NCBI RefSeq assembly: GCF_963921235.1
Contig: NC_086108.1
Span: forward strand, 19,406,001-19,470,000
Reading direction: 5' to 3'
Source of the DNA: Mobula hypostoma
Lineage: Eukaryota
DNA: 64,000 nt
Position numbers and translations under genes: made by a program. Of the stretch, positions 37,880 to 50,475 are shown piece by piece. Below the pieces are notes generated by a model. The model saw only the letters and a list, made by a program, of their open reading frames with translations. It made no database searches and was not told the DNA's origin. Numbering within the stretch: the stretch's first letter is position 1; every line of letters begins with the position of its first letter.

Positions 37880-40593
37880 TGAAGCACCTTCAATTACTCC
37901 AAAAGACTGAGGTTTGATAAGATACTGAAAGGCTTTTATTCGCTGTACAATACGACCTCCACAGTGAGTGTCTGCCCCCAGACTGAGGGGGAGGGGCAAG
38001 GCGAACACCTTTATACAGGATTCTGTGGGAGGAGCCACAGGGGCAGTCAACAGAGGAGTGTGTCCAGACAGGTAACTGAGTTACAACATATATACATGGT
38101 TTACCACATGCACTCCTCCTTTTTTTAAAAAGAGTCCTGCGGGGTGAAGTGACTGACAATATTTAAAATAAGTACATTTACAGGTTAAGTCTATCAGGCG
38201 GTCGAGTCCGTCGCTGTGATCTACGTAGCACTGGTGGTGATTGCACTGGTGATGGCGGTTGTGCTGGCTCCGGCCTGACATCAGGTGCCAGCACGTTAGG
38301 CATCGATAATCCCTCGTGTGTGTGCGTCGCGCCCGGTATGGGAGTGTCGTGTGGTGTCTGTATAGGGTTTGGGGTGCACGGTGTCTCGTAGGTACATACA
38401 TTGGTGGGTACGGGGTCAATAGTCACCACAGAGTGTTCAGGGTAGGGGCCTGGAGCTCCTGCGGGCGCCAGGTCGCGGATGGAGACCGTGTCCTCCCGCC
38501 CATCAGGTAAAACCACGTAGGCATACTGGGGGTTCACATGAAGTAAGTGAACCCTCTCGACTATCGGGGAGTATTTATTGCTCCTCGCATGTTTCCGGAG
38601 CAGCACTGGCCCCAGGGACATCAGCCAAGATGGTAGGGTAGAGGGTACGCGTCGAGCTGCGTGAACCTATTGATGATCTGGCTATAGTCCACGACCATCC
38701 TATTCTTCTCCCCGTTCCGAACAACCACCACCTGCGCCCTCCAAGGACTTGTGCTTGCCTCAATGACCCCCTCCCTGAGCAGCCGCTGCACCTCCGACTT
38801 AATGAAAGCTCTGTCCCCCGCGCTGTACCTCCTGCTTTTAGTTGCCACAGGTTTACAGTCGGGGGTCAGGTTGGCGAACAGCGGTGGGGGAGGGATCCTG
38901 AGGGTGGAGAGGCCGCAAGTGGTGTCGGTAGTGTAGCAGTTGGCATGATGTTGGGTGGGATGCGTGGGTCGGTGTGTGTATGTGGTCAGTAGCGGGGTAC
39001 GTGACATATCTCTACAAAACAGGATTTATGACAGTAATTGGCGGGAGGGGCCCATCATACTCCATTGTCACGCTTTTCAGGTGGCTCTGGAAGTCCAACC
39101 CCAACAGCACAGGGGCACACAGTTGAGGCAAGACCAGTAACGTAAAGTCCCGATATTCTGTGCCCTGCACCACTAGTGTCGCTACACAACTCCCCCGGAT
39201 GTCTGCTGTATGCGACCTGGAGGCCATGGTGACCCTCCGATTTACCGGCCGTATCATGAGTCCACAATGCTACACCGTGGCCGGGTGGATAAAACTCTCC
39301 GTGCTGCCTGTGTCAAACAGGCAGCTTGTCCTGCGCCCCTCCACCAGGATGTCCATCATTGATCTTGCGAGCTGGTGGGGAGCGCTTTGGTCGAGGGTCA
39401 CGGAAGCCAGGGTGGGGTCGCTGTCTTGGTCCGGCGTGGTGGGGTGCCCCGTGAGCACCCGTTGGTCGTAGGCGGTGGGAGGTGGCGCCGACCAAGATGG
39501 CCGCCCCATGTCTCGCACGTGGTGGTGGCGTGCAGGGAAGATGGCGGCAGGTAAGATGGCGACCCCCACGTCTCGCACACGGCGCTGCTCGATCCCGCTC
39601 GCGGTTTTGACTTACAGACCTTGGCGAAGTAGCCCTTCTTTCCGCAGCTGGAACAGGTAGCTTGTCGGGCCACGCAGCGTTTCCAGGGGTGCTTCTCCAG
39701 TCCGCAGAAGTAGCACTTCACGGACTCACGACTGGCTGCAGCCGAGGCCGATTCGCCGGCGGGTTGCGGGGTCTGCGGCGCTCACGAGGCCATCGGGGGA
39801 TCGTGTGCCTGGAGAGCCTCGGAGTTATGCAGAGCAGCCTCCAACGTATCAGCCAGCTCCATCGCCGAACTTAGGGTAAGATCGGCTTTTTCCAGCAGCT
39901 GCTGGCGCACGTACACTGACCCGGTCCCCGTGACGAAGGCGTCTCTCACTAGGAATTCTGCATGCTGCGCCGCCGTCAGCTCCTGGCAATTGCAGGCTCG
40001 CACGAGTGTCTGTAGGGCCCGGACAAACTCAGCACTCGATTCCCCGAGGCGTTGTTGCCGTGTCGCTAAACGGTGCTGAGCATAGACGCTGTTTATCGGC
40101 CGCAGGTATTGTCTTTTGAGTGCGTTCATTGCGCCGTCGTAGTTCGGCTGGTCTCTGATCAGTGAATAAACCCGTGGACTGACCCTGGAGAGTAGAACTC
40201 TGCGCTTCACTACGGGGTCGGTCGCTTTAATCTCCTCTGGATACGCTTCGAAGCAGGCCAGCCAGAGTTCGAAAGCGTTTCCAGCGTCAGGCATTTGCGG
40301 ATCAGGTCTAATTTTTCTGATCTCAGGGCCTGTTCCATGTTTTAAAACGTACATCGAATAAAATTGAAGCACCTTCAATTACTCCAAAAGACTGAGGTTT
40401 GGTAAGATACTGAAAGGCTTTTATTCGCTGTACAATACGACCTCCACAGTGAGTGTCTGCCCCCGGACTGAGGGGGAGGGGCAAGGCGAACACCTTTATA
40501 CAGGACTCTGTGGGAGGAGCCACAGGGGCAGTCAGCAGAGGGGTGTGTCCAGACAGGTAACCCAGTTACAACAGATATACATGGCTTACCACA
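37880..40593 (-). mobile_element. Internally deleted Ty3/Gypsy LTR retrotransposon
   Basis: 229-bp LTRs at 37880-38108 and 40365-40593 (TG...CA), 5-bp TSD GGCAC, and PPT aaaaaaaggaggag next to the 3' LTR. Contains gag with a CCHC knuckle (CYFCGLEKHPWKRC), protease (LFDTGS), RT N-terminus (SPWRAQVVVV..RMVVDY..DAYPLP) and an integrase C-terminal remnant. Confidence 0.95.
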
Positions 40594-41313
40594 GGCACAT
40601 CACTGGAGTTCTCCACCAGTCACCCAACCACCCCATCTCAGATGAAGTCACATGCATTGGTATTGGTCTTCTCCAGCACTTCAGACTCCACCGAGATTGT
40701 TAAGCTCACCACTGATTTGTGACATTACTGAGAAAGAGAGACTGTCCCAGTGAGGGCCTCGAGCAGTATGAAAAGGGCAAGGGGGAAGGATGCCATGCAG
40801 TGACTACACTGGAGAACAGGATCCAAAATAGATTCATGTGCTATCTAAAGTTCTTGTTCCAAAGATAGGTAAATCAGGAACGTTATTTAAAAAGCCTTTT
40901 GCTTTCTGTTTGCATGGCATGTCAAAATGAATAACGTGAAAGTGAAGTCACGTAGAATAGTACAAGGAAACAAATTCAACACATAATTGAGCCTGAGATT
41001 TTCCTCCTTTAGTCAATGGTGAAACAATTGTTCTCAATGCATGGAAAAGTACATGTATGGTATTGCAACGAGAACAGCAAACTACTTGATTCAATTATGA
41101 CGCTGGATGGCAAAACTAACCATTTGCTGACAGCAGTACTTTGGCATTTTGCTCCAGTAGTTTCAGCAGATGCTAGTGGGGAGCAGGAAGCAGGAAGCTG
41201 AAGTGCAAGTTGGAAGGTGAGGAGATGACAAGTAAAGTGCATAAAGTGTCATGGTCCAGTCCGTGGACTCCGGACTCCAGGTCTTCCGGCTGTCTCTTGT
41301 TTCTGAGGTGTTA

Positions 41314-41985
41314 TTAAAACAAACAAGGCCTATGAGGTGTTATGTAGTTAAACTGTTTTTTCCAGTATGAATAAAATTGTTCGAGCTTATGATTAGCAGA
41401 TGCTGTTATCTTCTCCATCTTGTGAATGTCCATTGTAATTTCCATCCATACATTTAAAGTTGGGCTCTCCTGTGATAACCATTTCCTGGTAAGGGTCTTT
41501 TTACCAGTCACCAGCAGTATATTCATTAAATATTTATCTCTTTTCAACCATTCTTGAGGTATATACCCAAAATATATGGTCTTACTCCCTAAGGGTATTT
41601 CACATTTAAAGATGTCTTGTAGGGCATTATGTATCCCACTCCAACAGTCTTTGATAACAGGGCGATCCCAGAAAATATGATAATGGTTTGCATTTTGATT
41701 TCCACAATTTCTCCAGCCAACAGGGAGGTTACTAGCATAATGGGATTTCTGAGAGAGTGTAATAAAATATCTTATCAAGTTTTTCCACCCGAACTCCCTC
41801 CTTTTTTGTGAACTGGTACACTTCCATTGATACCTCCATATTATTGTCCATTCTTCCTCAGATATTATTATCCCTCCTTCTTTCTCCCATTTTGTTTTAC
41901 TGTATGAAGTCAAATGTGTTTTAAGATTTGACAAACCCTTGAAATGCTTGAAATTATTCTACGACCGTTGTCTGAATTATATCCA
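41314..41985 (-). mobile_element. L1/Tx1-clade LINE ORF2 C-terminal fragment
   Basis: KWEKE...W...WRNCGNQNANHYHIFWD.P.I...W cysteine-rich C-terminal domain (ORF 41314-41934). Confidence 0.8.
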
Positions 41986-43535
41986 GATCATTAATATATA
42001 TGACAAATAACACTGGACCCAGTACAGATTCCTGAGGCACACCACTAGACACCGTCCTCCAATCTGACACACAGTTATCCACCACTACTCTCTGGCGTCT
42101 CCCATCCAGCCACTGCTGAATCCATTTTGTTACTTCGTTATTAATGCCTACCGATTGAATCTTCCATGTGGAACCTTGTCAAGGGCCTCACTTGAACAAC
42201 CAATGTTATAGAGTTTTTCAAGGAAGTTACTAGGAAAGTGGATGAAGGCAAGGCAGTGGATATTGTTTACATGGACTCCAGCAAGGCATTTGACAAGGTT
42301 CTGCAAGAAGGTTCAGTTCCTTGGCCCTCAAGATGAGGTGGTAGATTCTAATGGATCAACACACATCAAAGTTGCTGGTGAACGCAGCAGGCCAGGCAGC
42401 ATCTCTAGGAAGAAGTGCAGTCGACATTTCAGGCCGAGACCCTTCGTCAGGACTTCGTCTGCAACTTTGATGTGTGTTGCTTGAATTTCCAGCATCTGCA
42501 GAATTCCTGTTGTTTGCGTTTTTAGATTCTATTGGATGTTGGCTTCACAGGAGAAGCCAGAGGGTGGTGTATGGTTGTCTCTCCGACTGGAGGCATGTGA
42601 CTTGCACTGTTCCGCTGGGATAGGTGCAGGGTCTGTTGTTTGTTATCTATATCAACGATCTGGATGAGAATGTGCTGGATCAATGAGTTTTCGGATGACA
42701 CCAGGATTGGGCGTAGAGTGGACAATCAAGAAAAAACTATCCTTGCAGCGGGTTTTGGACCAGTTGGAAAAATGGCAGATGGAATTTAATGCAGACAGGT
42801 GCAAGGTGTTGCACTTCGGTAGGACTAACCAGGGTAGGTCTTACTCCATGAATGGTAGGGCACTAAGGAGTGCGGTAGAATAGTGGGATCTGGGAATACA
42901 GATCCATTATTCTTTGAAAGTGGTGTCACCAGTAGATCGTAAAGAAAGCTTCTGGAACATTGGCCTTCATAAATCAAGGAGATAGGGTATTATGTAGAAG
43001 TTGTATAAGACATTGTTGAGACCTAATTTGGAGTATTATGTACAGTTCAGGTCACCTACCTACAGGAAAAATATAAATAAGGTTAAAAGAGTGCAGAGAA
43101 AATTTAAAGGACGTTGCTGGGATTTAAAGATCTGAGTTTTCGGGAAAGGTTAAATAGGTCTTGACTTAATTCCTTGGAACACAGAAGATTGAGTGGAGGT
43201 TTGAGAGAGGTATACAAAATCGAGGGGTATAGATAGGGAAAATGCAAGTAAGCTTTTTCCACAGAGGTTGGGTGGAACTACAACTAGAGGACACGGGTTA
43301 AGAGTGAAAGTGAGAAGTTTAAGGGGAACATGAGGAGAAACTTCACTCAGAGGGTGGTGAGGGTGTGGAACGAGCTGCTCCTGCAAGTGGTAGGTTTGGG
43401 TTTGATTTTAACATGAACGGGAAGGGTATGGAGGGCTATGATCTGGGTGCAGGTGATGGGACAAGGCAGATTCATGGTTCAGCACAGAACAGATGGCACG
43501 AAGGATCTGTTTCTGCGCTGTCGTGATCTGTGACT
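41985..43535 (+). mobile_element. Degraded CR1 RT and 3' fragment with a short opposite-orientation CR1 piece at ~41985-42190
   Basis: DEGKAVDIVYMDSSKAFDKV and WQMEFNADRCKVLHFGRTNQ motifs; CR1 tail. Confidence 0.8.
42357..42522. mobile_element. Fold-back mini-PLE with near-intact hammerhead (42419-42454, minus strand)
   Basis: TSD tagattctaatggat (42342-42356) / tagattctattggat (42523-42537). Minus strand AGTCCTGACGAAGGGTCTCGGCCTGAAATGTCGACT. Confidence 0.88.
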
Positions 43536-43989
43536 CTTCTGTCCGGCAAAATGTTGAAGTTGCATTTCTACAACAAGAAAAGTTTCTTAACCTCTGTCAG
43601 TCTTGAAATTTAGTGGCCTAGATTTTGTTTTCTTTTTTTTTTTGCAAAAATGATTGCTATTCAGTGATAAAGGAAATTCTTGGGTCTTTTGAAGAAAACC
43701 TTGTTGGATTTCACTTTGATTATATTTGTATCAAAGTGGGTATATTAATACACCTGTCAGTCACCTTGCATAGACATTCCTGTACTGAGCATCTATGTAG
43801 AAAAGCTAACTTGTGTATTTGAATTTGCTTTTTTTTTTAAATTATTGTGTTCTTTATCTGTTTTTTTGCGCAACATTGGATCTGGAATAACTATTATTTT
43901 GTTCTCCTTTACACTTGTGTACTGGAAATGATATTAAACAATCTTCAATCGTTTGTTGACATCTCATGGACCTCGTTGGATAATTATTT

Positions 43990-44990
43990 GTTTTCATTTG
44001 TAAATAGCTATTTTCTCCTTTCACCTACAACTGAATTTTTGTTTTCATTTTGCCTCTTACTCAAGTACGAAATATTTCTCTGGATGTGAAATATATTTTT
44101 GTATCCTCATCATTTTCTGTTGTTAAGCTGGTATCTTGTATGTCAATTCTCTCATTTCCTCAAATTTGAATGTTTATTTTGTAATTGCTTTTAAAATATT
44201 TCCTAATTCTCCTATTAAAATTAGAAACTTGCTTCGTAGTTTTAACTATGCTGTTTCTTTTCCAGCTCAACGCAATGATATCAATGGAGTGTCCTTGTAG
44301 AGAAGTGTTCATAGATGGTTCAGACGGGTAGAAAGGGGATTAACAGGAGTATTTGATATGATGACCAAAAGTCTGTTGAACGTAGTGTTCAGGAAGAATA
44401 GAGGGAAAAGAATTTTGGAGTTCTGGACTAAGTTTAAAGTACCGATGGAAGAGAAGGGGTTAGTGATGTGCAGGCCAAAATCAGCAATAGGCACATTTTT
44501 AAAATTGAAATGACTGGTATTGGTATGACCCGTTAAATTTCTTTCTTTACAGTTAAACCTTTTTCAAAGATCTGGAACTCAACTCACAAAAAAAAATACA
44601 TTTAAATATCTGTTTTATTTTAATTTTTATCTCTAAACTTAAAAATGAAAACACATCATAATCTTGAGTTTCTAATGAGGAAATTAATTTTAGAGTACTA
44701 AGGGAATCCATTGGTTAATATATCCTGTTATTGAGCATTTTGTTCCTTGAGCAGTTGAGTTTAAAATGGAATATTCTTTCAAATTTCTCCTAAAGACTCC
44801 CTTCACCCTTTTTGCCAAAACACAAGTTCAATAAATGGTTTGATATAGGCATTGGGAAAACTTTGAAGTAAATTTGCATTTTATGTTGTTTTCTTGAAAG
44901 ACCACACATTTTGCTTGTTTGCTCTGCTTCTTCACCATGTTATTAAAATAGTTTGCTGATGAAATGGATAAGACCAAAGCTACAGATTAA
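43990..44990 (-). mobile_element. Highly decayed L1-like endonuclease relic
   Basis: Frame-broken VVFQE (cf. FLQETH) and FGKKGEGS..KNIPF-like residues on the minus strand; AT-rich. Confidence 0.4.
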
Positions 44991-45029
44991 CCAAATGAAT
45001 CCTGCATGTTTCCTGCAAAAAGAATAACC

Positions 45030-45475
45030 CAGCCCTTCGGCAGGGCTGGAGAAAAAAACTGAGTAGATTTGAAAGGTGGGAGGGAGGGGAGGGGAGAGAG
45101 AAACACCAGGTGATCGGTGAAACCTGGAGGGGGAGGAATGAAGCAGAGCTCGGAAGTTGGTGAACGAGACAGAAGGCCATGGAAGAAAGCAAAAAAGGGG
45201 AAGGAGCACCAGAGGGAGGTGATGGGAGGGCAAGGAGGAAACATGAGAAAATGATAAGGGGATGAAAATGGTGAGAAATTGATGTTCATGCCATCAGGTT
45301 GGAGCCTACCCAAATAGAAAGGTATTGGTCCTTCAACGCAAGTGTGGCCTTATCACAACAGTGGAGGAGGCCATGGATGGACATATCAGAATGGGAATGG
45401 AAAGTGGAATTAAAATGGGTGGCTACTGGGAGATCCTGCTTGTTCTGGTCGATGGAGCATAGATGCTCAACGAAT
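45030..45475 (-). mobile_element. Penelope-like element fragment
   Basis: Homologous to 3190-3800 and 25970-26170 (LQPDGMNINFS motif). Confidence 0.8.
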
Positions 45476-45737
45476 TGAATTGAATTAAATAGGCTTTATT
45501 TCTTATGCAGGTTTCCCCCGCCATCCGAAGGTAGAGCGTTCCTATGAAACGGTTCGTAAGCCAAAATGTCGTAAAGCAAAGAAGCAATTACCATTTGTAT
45601 GGGAAATTTTTGTGAGCTTTTGCAGACCCAAAAATAACCTACCAAATCATGCCAAATAACACATAAAACCGAAAATAACAGAAACATATAGTAAAAGCAG
45701 GAATGATATGATAAATAGACAGCCTATATAAAGTAGA

Positions 45738-46074
45738 GCAACACACATCAAAGTTGCTGGTGAACGCAGCAAGCCAGGCAGCATCTCCAGGAAAAGGTAC
45801 AGTCAACATTTCAGGCCGAGAAAGTGGGAGAGGAAGGGGGAGATCCAAAATGATAGGAGAAGACAGGAGGGGGAGGGATGGAGCCAAGAGCTGCAAAATG
45901 ATAGGAAAAGTACCCCACTTTCAAATCTCTTACTAACTCTTCCTTCAGTTAGTCCTGACGAAGGGTCTTGGCCTGAAACGTCGACTGTACCTCTTCCTAG
46001 AGATGCTATCTGGCCTGCTGCAACTTTGATGTGTGTTGCTTGAATTGCCAGCATCTGCAGAATTCCTGTTGTTT
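45738..46074. mobile_element. Fold-back mini-PLE inserted in the Tigger element
   Basis: Perfect 16-bp flanking repeat gcctatataaagtaga (45722-45737, 46075-46090); inverted pLTR arms. Confidence 0.9.
45951..45986 (+). ncRNA. Minimal type I hammerhead ribozyme, intact core
   Basis: AGTC-CTGACGA-AGG gtcttgg CCT-GAAACGTC^GACT; predicted cleavage between 45982 and 45983. Confidence 0.8.
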
Positions 46075-47605
46075 GCCTATATAAAGTAGAAATACTTTTC
46101 CACAATCATTGCCTGAACTGTTCCCCGTAGAGAAAATCTCACGCAAGCGCTGTTGGCAAAAACACGGCGCAAGCGCTCTACAGTAACCTTTAAGCTACGA
46201 AGCTGCCAAATCAAACCAAGTAACACGTAAAAGTACACAGCCTATATAAAGTAGAAATAATGTATGTACAGTGTAGAATCACTTACCGAAATCGGGACAG
46301 CACCGAGCATACTGATGATGGTGTGTTAGACTGAGTCGTCGCAGGTTGGGTGGTGCAGTGGCCCCCACCCTCCGGGCCACCAAGCGATACCGATCCGCGA
46401 AGCATGCAGGGATGCAGGGGTGCAGCGGTAGTCGGGAGGCAGACAGCACATCTTTAAGAAAAAAGCCGAAACAAACATGTTAATTAATTAGGTGCCGCCC
46501 GGCACATAAATGTCGGCCTAGATCAGTGCCGATTTCTGATTGCGTCGTCTCTGATCTGGGCTGACAATTACGTGTCGGGTGGCACCTAATTAATTAGCAT
46601 GGTTGTTTGGGCTTTTTTCTTAAAAATGTGCTGTGTGCCTCCTGGCTACCGCGGCATTCTCCATGAATCGGTATCTGTCCGTGGTCTAGGGGTTGGGGTG
46701 GTGGAACACTGGGGTGTCACCTCGTCATCATGTTTCCATTAGGGCAGGCAGGTCATCTTCTATCTCTGCCCGCCTCGATGTCGAAGGTCGAGGTTCGTCA
46801 TCTGCTGTGGAAGGCTTGCTTGACTGCTGAGCCTCGCACATTTTTCTATCACACAGTTCTTTGTAAGGACTCAAAACATCCTGCAAAATCCCCTAAACCT
46901 ACGTACCTTTTCAAAATTAAAGTCGTACTTTATCATTACTCATTCGGTTTCAATTGTTATCCTTTTTTCTTCCAATTGCATCTGCTCTTCATCTATCAGA
47001 TCTTGGTCATGGGATGCCAAAACCTCTTCAACATCATGTTCGTCAGCTTCCACAAGCCAAACTCACTTTGTCCTTACTTCGTTCACCACAATCGAAACGC
47101 TTAACTATGTCTAGTTTTACGCTAAGTGTAACACCCTTACGAGCTCTTTTGGGCTTTTCCAATGCCATAGAACTCATCTTGCAAACGGCTGCTCACAGGC
47201 ATGTGTTTAAGCAATGCCGGCAAGAATGCCATTCTGAATCCGGGGGAGAGTGGCTGCTCGAGGTGCGCGCTGCCTTTTATCGTGCACTGATTTTTTTTCG
47301 TAACAGTGAAAACACCTTCTGAAAGCGAAAACAGGGAACTAATGTATGTCTTTCGTAACAGTGAGGTTTCGTAAAGCGAACGTTCAAAAAGCGGGGGACA
47401 CCTGTATCCTTCACATACATCAGGAGTAAAAATCTTTACGTCACATCTCTGTCTAAATGTGCAATGTGCAATTTATAGTAATTCATAATGCATAGTATGT
47501 GCAACAGGACAGTCAATATAGCATAGAAATACAGCGTCACCTGCGCAGCTGCTTTGAGTGTCCTATGGACTCGGACCCCAAGATCCCTCTGATCCTCCAC
47601 AAGAG

Positions 47606-50475
47606 GAGCATTGTAAGAAAGGTAGATGAACTCAGAGCATGGATTGATACCTGGAAATATGACGTTGTAGCTATTAGTGAAACGTGGTTGCAGGAGGGGT
47701 GTGATTGGCAACTAAATATTCCAGGATCTCGTTGCTTCAGCTGTGATAGAATAGGAGGGGCAAGAGGGGGAAGTGTTGCATTGCTTGACAGAGAAAATAT
47801 ACCAGCAGTCCTCTGGCAGGGTAGATTAGTGAACTCATCCAGGGAGGCTATTTGAGTGGAATTGAGGAATAGGAAAGGTGTTGTGACGCTTATAGGGGTG
47901 TATTATAGACCACCTAATGGGGACCGTGAACCAGAGGAGCAAATTTGTAAGGAGATAGCAGATATTTGTAGTAAGCACAAGGTTGTGATTGTGGGAGATT
48001 TTAATTTTCCACACTTTAATAGACTGGGAAGCCCATTCTGTTAAAGGGCTGGATGGTTTGGAGTTTGTCAAATATGTGCAAGATAGTTTTTTGCAGCAAT
48101 ACATAGAGGTACCAACTAGAGAAGAGGCAGTGTTGGATCTCCTGTTAGGGAATGAGATAGGTCAGGTGACGGAGGTTTGCGTTGGGGAGCACTTCGGGTC
48201 CAGTGATCACAATGCTATTAGTTTCAATATAATTATGGAGAAGGAAAGGACTGGACCCAGGGTTGAGATTTTTGATTGGAGAAAGGCTAACTTTGAGGAG
48301 ATGCGAAAGGATTTAGAAGGAGTGGATTGGGACAATTTGTTTTTATGGGAAGGATGTAATAGAGAAATGGAGGTCATTTAAAGGTGAAATTTTGAGGGTA
48401 CAGGATCTTTATGTTCCTGTTAGGTTGAAAGGAAAAGTTAAAAGTTTGAGAGAGCCATGGTTTTCAAGGGATATAGGAAACTTAGTTGGGAAAAAGAGAG
48501 GGATTTACAATAAATATAGGCAGCTTGGAGTTAATGAGGTGCTCGAGGAATATAAAGAATGTAAAAAGAATCTTAAGAAAGAAATTAGAAAAGCTAAAAA
48601 AAGATATGAGGCAGCTTTAGCAGGTAAGGTGAAAATAAATCCAAAGGGTTTCTACAGCGATATAAATAGCAAAAGGATAGTGAGGAATAAAATTGGTCCC
48701 TTAGAGAATCAGAGTGGACTGTTATGTGCGGAGCCAAAAGAGATGGGGGAGATTTTGAACAATTTCTTTTCTTCGATATTCACTAAGGAGAAAGATATTG
48801 AATTGTGCAAGGTAAAGGAAATAAGAAGGGTAGTTATGGAAAGTATGACGATCAAAGAAGAGGAAGTACTGGCACTTTTAAGGAATATAAAAGTGGATAA
48901 GTCTCCGGGTCCGGACAATATATTCCCTCGGACCTACAGGGAAGTTAGTGTGGAAATAGCAGGGGCTCTGACAGAAAGATTTCAAATGTCATTAGAAACG
49001 GGGATGGTGCCAGAGGATTGGCATATTGCTCATGTGGTTCCACTGTTTAAAAAGGGTTCTAAGAGTAAACCTAGCAATTATCGGCCTGTGAGTTTGATGT
49101 CAGTGGTGGGTAAATTGATGGAAGGTATTCTTAGAGATGGTATATATAATTATCTGGATAGACAAGGTCTGATTAGGAACAGTCAACATGGATTTGTGCG
49201 TAGAAGGTCATGTTTGACAAATCTTATTGAATTTTTTGATGAGGTTATTAGGAAGGTTGATGAGGGTAAAGCGGTGGATGTTGTCTATATGGACTTCAGT
49301 AAAGCCTTTGACAAGGTTCCACATGGAAGGTTAGTTAGGAAGGTTCAATCGTTACACATTAATATCGAAGTAGTAAAATGGATTCAGCAGTGGCTGGATG
49401 GGAGACGCCAGAGAGTAGTGGTGGATAACAGTGTGTCAGATTGGAGGACGGTGTGTAGCGGTGTGCCTCAGGGATCTGTACTGGGTCCAATGTTGTTTGT
49501 CATATATATTAATGATCTGGATGGTGGGGTGGTAAATTGGATTAGTAAGTATGCAGATGATACTAAGATAGGTGGAGTTATGGATAATGAAGGAGGTTTT
49601 CAAAGCTTGCAGAGAGATTTAGGCCAGTTAGAAGAGTGGGCTGAAAGATGGCAGATGGAGTTTAATGCTGATAAATATGAGGTGCTACATTTTGGTAGGA
49701 CTAATCAAAATAGGACATACATAGTAAATGGTAGGGCATTGAAGAATGAAATAGAACAGAGGGATCTAGGAATAATGGTGCATAGTTCCCTGAAGGTGGA
49801 ATCTCATGTGGATAGGGTGGTGAAGAAAGCTTTTGGTATGCTGGCCTTGATAAATCAGAGCATTGAGTATAGGAGTTGGGATGTAATGATGAAATTGTAC
49901 AAGGCATTGGTAAGGCCAAATTTGGAGTATTGTGTACAGTTGTGGTCAGGGAATTATAGGAAAGATGTCGATAAAACTGAGAGAGTACAGAGGAGGTTTA
50001 CTAAAATGTTGCCTGGGGTTCATCTCCTAAGTTACAGAGAAAGATTGAACAAGTTAGGTCTTTATTCTTTGGAGCGTAGAAGGTTGAGAGGGGACTTGAT
50101 ACAGGTATTTAAAATTATGAGGGGGATTGATAGAGTTGACGTGGATAGGCTTTTTCCATTGAGAGTGGGGGAGATTCAAACAAGAGGACATGAGTTGAGA
50201 GTTAAAGGACAAACATTTAGGGGTAACATGAGGGGGAACTTCTTTACTCAGGGAGTGGTAGTTGTGTGGAACGAGCTTCCAGCAGAAGCGGTTGAGGCAG
50301 GTTCGATGTTGTCGTTTAAAGTTAAATTGGACAGATATATGGACAGGAAAGGAATGGAGGGTTATGGACTGAGTGCAGGTCGGTGGGACTAGGTGAAAGT
50401 AGGAGTTCGGCACGGACTGGAAGGGCCGAGATGGCCTGTTTCCGTGCTGCAATTGTTATATGGTTATATGGTTAT
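47606..50475 (+). mobile_element. CR1 LINE ORF2 (EN with lesions plus a 666-aa open RT region at 48392-50392)
   Basis: AISETW, GDFN, SDHN, KSPGPD, QHGF, DFSKAFDKVPH, GVPQGSVLGP and YADDTK motifs; (ttatatgg)n tail; 5-bp TSD AAGAG. Confidence 0.95.

Larger units (their letters stand above)
45508..47404 (-). mobile_element. Internally deleted Tigger/pogo-like DNA transposon
   Basis: TIRs caggtttcccccgc / gcgggggacacctg followed by TA. Minus-strand remnant MSSMALEKPKRARKGVTLSVKLDIVKRFDCGE resembles the CENP-B/psq N-terminal HTH. Confidence 0.85.

Noticed and set aside
5517..46074. Recurring identical sequences as a CRISPR-like array
   Set aside because: Copies are dispersed, inverted and derived from Penelope termini; there is no repeat-spacer periodicity and the context is eukaryotic.
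48392..50392. 666-aa ORF as a host gene or novel RT system
   Set aside because: Ordinary CR1 ORF2 RT region with a disrupted endonuclease upstream, a CR1 microsatellite tail and a TSD.
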